Made by a program: the position numbers and the translations under genes. This document shows positions 56,697 through 64,000 of a stretch of DNA of 64,000 nt, piece after piece. Where the stretch lies: the NCBI GenBank assembly GCA_937943575.1, contig CALEAV010000008.1, positions 76,062 through 140,061 on the forward strand, given 5' to 3'. Numbering within the stretch: position 1 is the first letter of the stretch; each line of letters starts with the position of its first letter. The notes under the pieces were generated by a model. That model saw only the letters and a program-made list of their open reading frames with translations, was not told the DNA's origin and did no database searches. Source of the stretch: an uncultured bacterium (lineage in GTDB: Bacteria > Desulfobacterota > Desulfobaccia > Desulfobaccales > 0-14-0-80-60-11).

Positions 56697-56769
56697 ACTC
56701 ACTCCCCCCTTGGGGGTGGGGGGACAGGGGGAAAGGGCAGGGAACCCGTGCCCCCTCCCCGCCAAACCG

Positions 56770-57003
56770 TCACATCACCGCCTGGACTTCCGTCACCCCC
56801 GGCACTTCCTGCATAATGGCCCGCTCCACGCCCTGCTTCAGGGTCATCTGGCTCATGGGGCAGCCTTTGCAAGCGCCGGTAAGGCGAACCTTGACGACGC
56901 CGTCGGTCACGTCCACCAGTTCGATATCGCCGCCGTCCCGCTGCAGGAAGGGCCGGATTCTGGCGATGGCCATTTCAACACCGCGTTTGATCACATCCTC
57001 CAC
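56770..57003 (-). CDS. NifU C-terminal-domain (Nfu-type) Fe-S cluster scaffold protein
   Basis: ..IRPFLQRDGGDIELVDVTDGVVKVRLTGACKGCPMSQMTLKQGVE.. with the CxxC motif. Confidence 0.85.
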   Translation of the reverse strand: MEDVIKRGVEMAIARIRPFLQRDGGDIELVDVTDGVVKVRLTGACKGCPMSQMTLKQGVERAIMQEVPGVTEVQAVM

Positions 57004-57228
57004 ACAATGCCTCCCGAGAGTGATTATCTACATCGTAACCATCTCCCCGAGGTTTGTAAAGGGAGACGGGGGCGAAAATGGGCGTCAGGGGGCCGGGAGG
57101 CGGGATTTTCCCCCGTGCCCGGAAGGCCCATAAATCGGAGGGGGAAGGCGGCAGGGAGGGGAAGGGGGCCCCCTCCCTGTCCCCCGGCCCTGCGCCGTAT
57201 GCCTCGGCCCCTCCCGGGGCGATAGGGG

Positions 57229-57966
57229 TCACGGGGCGAGCTCAAAGAGGGCCCGCACCCGGGCCTGGATGCTCTCTTCGCCCACCTCCACCGGGGTCTC
57301 GGGGGCCGGAGCGGCCAGCATCCGCATCTCCGCCGCCGCAGGCCTGGGGGGGCGGTGCAGGGCCAGGGTGGACACCTGCTTCAGGCGCCGGACCTTGAGG
57401 CCCTCGGCCTGGGCCAGACCCTCCGCCAGCTGCCGGGCCCGGGCCAGGGCCTTGGCGGCGGCCTGCTGCTGCAGCTCGGCCATCCGGGAGTGCTCATAAT
57501 AAGGGCCCCGCACCCGGGCGGCCCCCTGCTCCACCCCGGCATCCAGGATCTTGCCCAGCCGTCCCAGGTCTTTCAGTTTCACCTCAAAGGCATGGCGCAC
57601 CCGGTAGCCCTGCACTTCCTGGGACTGCACCTTCCTGGGCCCCTGGCCTCTCTCCACCTGCTGGTAGACCGGAAAGACCTGGTAGCTGACGCTCCTCAGG
57701 CTCTCCTCCGGCCCCAGCAGGGCCTTGAGGGCCTTGAGGAAGCCGTCCGAGAGCCGGGCATTGGCCCCGGCCGCCTCCTGGGCGGTGGGGGCTTCGGTTT
57801 CCAGGTGAAAGACGATTACGGCCTGGTCCGGCTTGGCCAGGACCTCGCCTTCCGCCTCCACCTCGGCGGTGGCGGAATCCACAGCGGCCTTGTCCGCCCA
57901 GGCGCCGCCGGGCAGGCAGATGAGGAGCCAGATGGCCGTGACCACGGAAAAATGAGGGGATTTCAC
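57229..57966 (-). CDS. SIMPL (DUF541) domain periplasmic protein
   Basis: GTG start at 57966 (AAGGAGG upstream) gives the signal peptide (M)KSPHFSVVTAIWLLICLPGGAWA. ..GYRVRHAFEVKLKDLGRLGKILDAGVEQGA.. The longer ORF to 58173 has an implausible N-terminal extension. Confidence 0.7.
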   Translation of the reverse strand: MKSPHFSVVTAIWLLICLPGGAWADKAAVDSATAEVEAEGEVLAKPDQAVIVFHLETEAPTAQEAAGANARLSDGFLKALKALLGPEESLRSVSYQVFPVYQQVERGQGPRKVQSQEVQGYRVRHAFEVKLKDLGRLGKILDAGVEQGAARVRGPYYEHSRMAELQQQAAAKALARARQLAEGLAQAEGLKVRRLKQVSTLALHRPPRPAAAEMRMLAAPAPETPVEVGEESIQARVRALFELAP

Positions 57967-58242
57967 CGGGTGACCTCCTTGCCGGGGGCTTGACCCACCT
58001 GGTCTGCCATCCGTCAGGCGAGGACCGGGGGATCGGCGGTCCCTCTGCCTCGCCTCACACCCCTTCCCCGCCCCCTGGGGGGAAAGGGGTGGGGAGCGGG
58101 GGCAGGGGCCAAGCTCCCTGACCCTCTCTTTCCCAATCCCCTGCATCATACCACGGGGGCGGGCCGGGTTCACTTGCGAAGTGGGGGCGCCTTTCTTATA
58201 CTGAGAGGGAACTTTCGCTTATTCTCCGGAAACGAGGCCTCC

Positions 58243-60129
58243 ATGCAGCCCATCGCCCTTCGCTGGATCCTGTGGTATTTTCTGGCGTTCCTCCTTTTGG
58301 TCTTCGTGCTGCAGAATTATTTTCCCGGCCGCCGGGCGGTGCCCGTCAATTACAGCGAATTCCGCCGGCTGGTGGAGATCAAGGGCGTGGACGACCTGGA
58401 CATCAGCGCCGAGCTCATCTCCGGCCGCCTGCTGGAGCCGGGGCTGGAGTTTCTCGCCCGGGAGCGCCAGGATCCGGAGCTGGCCACCCGCCTGAAGGAG
58501 TCTTTGGGCCCGGAGCTGCGCTTCTCCACCGTCAAGCTGGAGGACAAGGACCTGGTGGACCGCCTGGACAAACAGGGCATCAAGTACCGGGCCCTGCCGG
58601 AGCGCACCTGGGTGACCCAGCTCCTCTCCTGGCTTTTGCCCATGCTGATTTTGGTGGCCATCTGGATCTACTTCTTCCAGCGCCTCGGCGCCGGCGCCGG
58701 GGGCCTCATGAGCGTGGGGAAAAGCCGGGCCAGGGTCTATATGGAAGACGAGGTCAAGGTGACCTTCAACGACGTGGCCGGGGTGGAGGAGGCGGAAGAG
58801 GAGCTCAAGGAGATCATCGAGTTCCTGAAAAATCCGGGGAAATTCCAGACTCTGGGGGGCAAGATCCCCAAGGGGGTGCTGTTGGTGGGGCCGCCGGGCA
58901 CCGGCAAGACCCTGCTGGCCCGGGCCGTGGCCGGCGAGGCCGGGGTGCCCTTCATGAGCCTCACCGGCTCGGACTTTGTGGAGATGTTCGTGGGCGTGGG
59001 CGCCGCCCGGGTGCGGGACCTCTTCCAGCAGGCCCAGGAGAAGGCGCCCTGCATCATCTTCATCGATGAGCTGGACGCCATCGGCAAGGCGAGAGGCATC
59101 AGCCCCCTGGCGGGCCATGAGGAGCGGGAAAACACCCTGAACCAGCTCCTCTCGGAGATGGACGGCTTCGACACCCGAAAAGGCGTCATCATCATGGCGG
59201 CCACCAACCGGCCGGAAATTCTGGACCCGGCCCTCATCCGCCCGGGGCGCTTCGACCGCCACATCCTGGTGGACCGGCCCAGCCTCAAGGGCCGGGAGGA
59301 CATCCTGCGCATCCACACCCGTAACGTCAAGCTGGCCCCGGATGTGGACCTGGCCAAGCTGGCGGCCCGCACCCCGGGCATGGTGGGCTCGGACCTGGCC
59401 AACATCGTCAACGAGGCGGCTTTGCTCGCGGCCCGGAAAAACAAGGCCGCGGTGGAGATGAGCGACTTTGAGGAGGCCATCGACCGGGTGGTGGCGGGCC
59501 TGGAGAAAAGGAACCGCATGATGAACCCCCGGGAGAAGGAGATCGTGGCCTACCACGAGTCGGGGCACGCCCTGGTGGCCGAGGCCCTGCAGCCCCTGGT
59601 GGACCCGGTGCACCGGGTCTCCATCATCCCCCGGGGCATCGGCGCTTTGGGCTACACCATGCAGCTCCCCACCGAGGACCGCTATCTGATGACCAAGTCC
59701 GAGCTGGAGGCCCGCATGGCGGTGATGCTGGGGGGCCGGGTGGCCGAGGAGCTGAAGTTCGAGGAGATCTCCACCGGGGCCCACAACGACCTCTACCGGG
59801 CCACGGACATCGCCCGCTCCATGGTGCGGGAGTACGGCATGAGCGAGAAGCTGGGGCCCCTGACCTTCGAGCGGGAGCGGCGACCCCTGTTTCTGGAGGG
59901 CATCATGCCCACCGCGCCCCGGGACTACAGCGAGGCCACGGCCCAGGAGATCGACGCCGAGGTGCGGGCTTTGGTGGACCGGGCCTACCAGCGGGCCAGG
60001 GAGATCCTCACGGAAAAAAGGGAGGTCCTGGAGCGGGTGGCCCAACACCTCCTGGAGAAGGAGGTTCTGGAGGGGGAGGAGCTGCGCCGCCTGCTGAATG
60101 AGGACCTAAAGACGGCGGCGACCCCCTGA
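58243..60129 (+). CDS. ftsH: ATP-dependent zinc metalloprotease FtsH
   Basis: Two N-terminal TM helices, Walker A GPPGTGKT, the SRH region, and the zinc site HESGHA. Confidence 0.93.
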   Translation: MQPIALRWILWYFLAFLLLVFVLQNYFPGRRAVPVNYSEFRRLVEIKGVDDLDISAELISGRLLEPGLEFLARERQDPELATRLKESLGPELRFSTVKLEDKDLVDRLDKQGIKYRALPERTWVTQLLSWLLPMLILVAIWIYFFQRLGAGAGGLMSVGKSRARVYMEDEVKVTFNDVAGVEEAEEELKEIIEFLKNPGKFQTLGGKIPKGVLLVGPPGTGKTLLARAVAGEAGVPFMSLTGSDFVEMFVGVGAARVRDLFQQAQEKAPCIIFIDELDAIGKARGISPLAGHEERENTLNQLLSEMDGFDTRKGVIIMAATNRPEILDPALIRPGRFDRHILVDRPSLKGREDILRIHTRNVKLAPDVDLAKLAARTPGMVGSDLANIVNEAALLAARKNKAAVEMSDFEEAIDRVVAGLEKRNRMMNPREKEIVAYHESGHALVAEALQPLVDPVHRVSIIPRGIGALGYTMQLPTEDRYLMTKSELEARMAVMLGGRVAEELKFEEISTGAHNDLYRATDIARSMVREYGMSEKLGPLTFERERRPLFLEGIMPTAPRDYSEATAQEIDAEVRALVDRAYQRAREILTEKREVLERVAQHLLEKEVLEGEELRRLLNEDLKTAATP

Positions 60130-60265
60130 AAAGGCCTTCCCTCCCCCCAAGCCGAGGCGTTCAGGGGGGCTTGACCGGCAAGGTCCCCAACGGGTGGGCG
60201 GTCAAGCCCACCGCGGCCGCCTGTTGCGACGCCGGGCAGGCGTCATTTCTCCCAGGAGCAGCAAG

Positions 60266-61172
60266 ATGCCATTCCCTTCATTTCAGGATTATTTCCTTCC
60301 ATTCCTGGAAATGCTGAACGATTCAAAGGAACATCCTATTAATGAGCTCGTCGATAAATGGGCAGATTATTTTAATTTATCTCCGGAGGACCGAAACGAA
60401 TTGGTGCCAAGCGGCTGGAAAAATAAAGACATATTCTTAGAGTTCACTGGACAAGGACTTATTTGAAAAAAGCCTCATTGATTTTGACACCAGGAAAGGG
60501 CAAAGTAAAAATCACCCCAAGAGGCCTGGAAGCCCTTGCCCAAAACCAGGAGAAGATCAGTATCAATTATTTGATGCAATTCGAGGAATTCAGGGAATTC
60601 AGACAGGCCAAAAAATCGCCACCGGGAGATGTCGGCAAAGAATCCCCAGAGATCGATAAGACGCCGGAGGAGATTCTGGCAGAGAATTATTTGCTCATGA
60701 GGGGGACTTGGCGAAGGAGATCCTGGCGAAGGTAAGATCATGCCCGCCGAAATTCTTTGAAAAACTGGCGCTGGATTGCTGCTGGCCAGGGGCTATGGCG
60801 GCTCGCGGAAGGACGCCGGGCAGGCAGGGGGGCAGAGCGGTGACGGCGGCATCGACGGGATGATCAAGGAAGATAAACCGTGATGTCGTGTATATCCAGG
60901 CCAAAAGATGGGATACTCCCGTGGGCAGACCCACCGTCCAGGCCTTTGCCGGAAGTCTGATGGGCAAAAAAGCCAATAAGGGCGTGATGATCACCCCTTC
61001 CCAATTTTCCCAGGATGCCCGGGACTAGGCAAAAAATATTGAAAAGAAAATGGTTCTGATTGACGGGGAAGAACTGGCCCAATTGATGATAGATTATAAC
61101 TTAAAGGTTTATGAGGCAACAAAGTACACAATAAAGAAGATGAATACAGATTATTTTGAAGATATTTCATGA
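60266..61172 (+). pseudogene. mrr: Decayed Mrr-family restriction endonuclease gene (several frameshifts, an internal deletion and an in-frame TAG)
   Basis: Pieces lie in three frames. Mrr_N: MPFPSFQDYFLPFLEMLNDSKEHPINELVDKWADYFNLSPEDRNELVPSG, then ..HWTRTYLKKASLILTPGKGKVKITPRGLEAL. Catalytic part: ..LLLARGYGGSRKDAGQAGGQSGDGGIDGMIKEDK / DVVYIQAKRWDTPVGRPTVQAFAGSLMGKKANKGVMITPSQFSQDARD*AKNIEKKMVLIDGEELAQLMIDY. Low GC: 23/60 in 60301-60360 (hand count). Confidence 0.8.
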
Positions 61173-61256
61173 AATTGTAAATTATCATTGCAATATGCCA
61201 CTTGTCGGCTTCCGAATATTAATTTGCCCTACTCAGATTCAAACCACCTTGCCTCC

Positions 61257-63935
61257 ATGAGCCCTTTAAGGACCTTCCCCTCTTCTTCTGAATTTCAGGA
61301 AGCCCTCCTTCAGGAAGCCCGGCACCACAGCCTGATCATTGTGCCGCACCAGCGGCTGGCCCGGCAGCTGTGGCACAGGCAGCGGCTTCAGGCCCTGGCG
61401 GCCGGGGAGCGGGCCTGGGAGCCGGTGAACTGCCGCACCCTGGGGGCCTGGTGGCAGGAGCTCTTAGAGCGTCTGTGGCTGCCGCAGCCGGCGCCCCCAC
61501 CCCTGGTGCGCCTGCGGCTCTGGCAGAAGGCCGTGGCGGCGGTGCCGCCCCTGGAGGGCACCGCGGCCGACCTCGCCTGGGCGGCGGCCCTGGATGAGGC
61601 CCACCTGCTTCTCATCCGGCATCGACTGGCGGCCCTTCCCGCCCAGGAGCCGGAGTTGCCGCTGGTGACCTGGCGCCGGCAGGTCACGACCCGGTATGAA
61701 GGGCTGCTGCGGGACCTGGGCTGGCTGTCGCCGGCCCGCCTGCCCGCCCTCCTGCTGGACGCCCTGGAGGCCGGGCGGGTCCCCCTGCCGGACCGGGTGG
61801 TGGTGGCGGGTCTGGCGGCCCCGGCGCCGGTGGAGGAGGAGTTCCTCACCCGGCTGGCCCGCCACACCCGGGTGGACCACCTCCAGGTGCAGGGGGACCC
61901 CGAAGCGGTGCGGGAAGCCTGGGTCTTCAAGGACATGGCGGAGGAGATGGCCTGGGTGGCGGCCCGGCTGGTGGAGGCCGCAGTGGAGGAGGGCCTCGCC
62001 CCCCACCGGGTGGCCGTCACCTCCCCGGCCATGGACAGCTATCTCCCTGCTTTCCGGCGGGTGCTCCAGGAGGTGCTGGGGCCGGCGGGCGGCCCGGAGG
62101 GCTGGCGCTACAATATCTCCCTGGGGCCCCGCCTGGCGGACACTTCCCTCTTTGCCGCCGCAGTTTTGCCCCTGGCCTTCTTTGCCCGGGGGGAGCGGCG
62201 GGAGGACCTGGCGGCCCTGTTTCTTTCGCCCTTTTACGGCCGCCTGTGGGAGGCCCGGGATGCTCTGGCTCTCCTGGACCGCCGTCTTCGGGACGAGGGC
62301 CCCCACCGGGGGTGGGAGGCTTTCTGTCAGGCCTGGCAGCGGCGGCGGGACGGGCTCCCTGCCCTGGCGCGCCTGGAAGAGGCCCTTTCAGCCCTTTGCG
62401 GCTGGAGGGGGGCGGCCGGGGAGGGGTGCCGCCGGCTGCGGCAGGCCTGGGAGCTTCTGGGCTTCCCGGGAAGATTGGACCAAGGGGGGGCCGACGCCTG
62501 GCGCCACCTGCAAGGGGTCCTGCAGGAGCTGTCCCGGGCTTTGGCAGAGGAGACCTTAAGCCTGCCGGACTTTCTTGCCTGGCTCACCCACGCCGCCAAG
62601 GGGGTGGAGCTGGCGGGCGAGGGCCGGGAGGAGGCGGGTTTCCAGGTGCTGGGCCTGCTGGAGACCCGGGGGCTGGAATTTGACCGGGTCTTCTGCCTGG
62701 GAATGACCTCGGGCAACCTTCCCGGGCCGCCCCGGCCGCTGCCCCTGCTTTCTCCTTGGGAGAAGCGCCAGGTGCTGGGCGGCACCGCCGCCTCGCAGTT
62801 CCGGTATGCCGCCAGCCTCTATGCCGGCCTGCAGGGCGCGGCGCCGCACCTCGTCCTTACCCGCCCGGCGGTGGTGGAGGAGGAGGAACAGGTGGGGACC
62901 TATTTCTACGGGGGCGACTGGCGTGAGGGGGGCCTCAACCCCCTGAGCACCCCGCACCCGGCGTGGCTGGCGGTGCCGGCGGTGAGGGCGGCCCTGACGC
63001 CGCCGCCCCCGGCCGCCGAGGCGCCCCCGGTGGCGGTCCACCTGCCCCGGCCCGCCGAGATCCGCCTCACCCATGCCCAGATCGGGTTCTCCTGTCCCTG
63101 CCGGTTCCTTTTGGAGGTGCTGCTGGGGGTGGAACCCCTCCCCGAAGAGGAGGAGGGGCTTTCCGCCCTGGACCGCGGCCGGCTGCTCCATGAGGTGGTG
63201 GCCCGGTTTGTGCGCTCTTTCGGGCCGGTGCTCGAGGCCGGGGGGACCTGGGACGACGCCCTGGCCCGGCAGCACCTGGAGGAGGCGGTGGCGGCCACCC
63301 TGGAGCCCTTGGCCGCCGACCCGCATCTGGAGGCGGAGCGGCTCCGCTGGCTGGGGGATGAGACCATCCCCGGGCTGCTCCCGGCCTGGCTGGCCCTGGA
63401 AAAGGAGCGCTTCCAGGAGGGCTGGCGCTGGGTGGCGGTGGAGCAGGAGTTCACCGGTCTGGCGCCGGCGGACTGCTCCCTGAGCCTCCGGGGGCGCCTC
63501 GACCGCCTGGATCACCATCCAAAGCGGGGGGAGGTCGTCGTGTGGGATTACAAAAGCGGCGCCATTCCCAATCGCCTTGCGGTGTTCGAGCGCCAGGAGG
63601 AGCACCAGCTCCCCGGGTATCTCCTGGCGGTGCGCCAGGGTGCGGTGGCCGCGCCGGAGCCCGCCGCCCTCCTGAAGGCCGGGTTCATCAGCCTCAAGTC
63701 TCCCCGGCAGGGGCATCTGAAGCATGAGGATTATGGAAGCTCCCCCGAGGCGTGGGAGGAGGTCATGGCCGCCTGGGAGGACCGCCTGCGGGAGCTGGCC
63801 CGGCGCCTGGAGGCGGGGGAATTCCCGCCGCAGCCCACGCCGCCCCCCCGAGGGAGCAATGCGGGAGCCTGCGCCTATTGCCCCTATCCCCTGCTTTGCG
63901 GCTACCGCGGCGCTGAAGAGGAGGCGGAAGGATGA
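61257..63935 (+). CDS. addB: AddB-type PD-(D/E)XK nuclease subunit of a helicase-nuclease complex (iron-staple Cys cluster)
   Basis: About 890 aa. The C-terminal nuclease domain has FSCPCRF.. and ..GACAYCPYPLLCG (the C..CxxCx5C arrangement of the AddB Fe-S staple) plus ..GRLDRLD..VVVWDYKSG. No Walker A motif. Its stop overlaps the next ATG. The start is uncertain (ATG 61257 versus TTG 61188). Confidence 0.7.
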   Translation: MSPLRTFPSSSEFQEALLQEARHHSLIIVPHQRLARQLWHRQRLQALAAGERAWEPVNCRTLGAWWQELLERLWLPQPAPPPLVRLRLWQKAVAAVPPLEGTAADLAWAAALDEAHLLLIRHRLAALPAQEPELPLVTWRRQVTTRYEGLLRDLGWLSPARLPALLLDALEAGRVPLPDRVVVAGLAAPAPVEEEFLTRLARHTRVDHLQVQGDPEAVREAWVFKDMAEEMAWVAARLVEAAVEEGLAPHRVAVTSPAMDSYLPAFRRVLQEVLGPAGGPEGWRYNISLGPRLADTSLFAAAVLPLAFFARGERREDLAALFLSPFYGRLWEARDALALLDRRLRDEGPHRGWEAFCQAWQRRRDGLPALARLEEALSALCGWRGAAGEGCRRLRQAWELLGFPGRLDQGGADAWRHLQGVLQELSRALAEETLSLPDFLAWLTHAAKGVELAGEGREEAGFQVLGLLETRGLEFDRVFCLGMTSGNLPGPPRPLPLLSPWEKRQVLGGTAASQFRYAASLYAGLQGAAPHLVLTRPAVVEEEEQVGTYFYGGDWREGGLNPLSTPHPAWLAVPAVRAALTPPPPAAEAPPVAVHLPRPAEIRLTHAQIGFSCPCRFLLEVLLGVEPLPEEEEGLSALDRGRLLHEVVARFVRSFGPVLEAGGTWDDALARQHLEEAVAATLEPLAADPHLEAERLRWLGDETIPGLLPAWLALEKERFQEGWRWVAVEQEFTGLAPADCSLSLRGRLDRLDHHPKRGEVVVWDYKSGAIPNRLAVFERQEEHQLPGYLLAVRQGAVAAPEPAALLKAGFISLKSPRQGHLKHEDYGSSPEAWEEVMAAWEDRLRELARRLEAGEFPPQPTPPPRGSNAGACAYCPYPLLCGYRGAEEEAEG

Positions 63936-64000
63936 CGACTCCCCCGGTGGATCAGGCGGCCCGGGAGCAGGCCCTCCATCCCGGCGGCAGTTTCCACATC
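63932..64000 (+). CDS. addA: Probable AddA/UvrD-family helicase-nuclease, first 23 codons only
   Basis: ATGA overlap with addB. MTTPPVDQAAREQALHPGGSFHI resembles the region just before the UvrD-type Walker A. The gene is truncated by the window edge. Confidence 0.5.
   Translation, partial: MTTPPVDQAAREQALHPGGSFHI

Overview
This is a strongly GC-rich bacterial chromosomal window. It looks like an anaerobe: rubrerythrin, 2-oxoacid:ferredoxin oxidoreductase, ADP-forming acetyl-CoA synthetase and a multiheme cytochrome are all present. A Thermodesulfobacteriota/deltaproteobacteria-like origin is an inference only. Most of the window is tightly packed housekeeping genes: dxs-ispA-xseB-xseA, pyrF, recO, moeA, plsY, rarA, dnaJ, korAB, ftsH and addBA. 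It also carries a cusCBA-type metal efflux operon, a secreted pentaheme cytochrome, and a nine-gene Wza/Wzc/Wzx polysaccharide operon that contains a UDP-sulfoquinovose synthase homolog.

The accessory or unusual content is:
1. A visibly low-GC gene (2824-3666) with a DUF5710-like N-terminus, a coiled coil and a HEPN/DUF4145-like C-terminus carrying an Rx4H motif. It sits between xseA and xseB and is translationally coupled to both. This is my best candidate for an undescribed defence or nuclease-associated function.
2. An orphan type I-E-like CRISPR mini-array (4 repeats, 3 spacers) with no cas genes in the window.
3. A decayed low-GC mrr restriction pseudogene directly upstream of addBA.
4. 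An in-frame TAG in rarA.
5. A receiver domain whose phospho-acceptor Asp is replaced by Glu.
6. Related G/C-tract hairpins and dense G-quadruplex-type tracts in the intergenic spacers.

No rRNA, tRNA, transposase or integrase was recognised. Many long ORFs in the track are antisense shadows typical of high-GC DNA, and I rejected them. All calls rest on reading the translations and sequence by eye. No database search was run.
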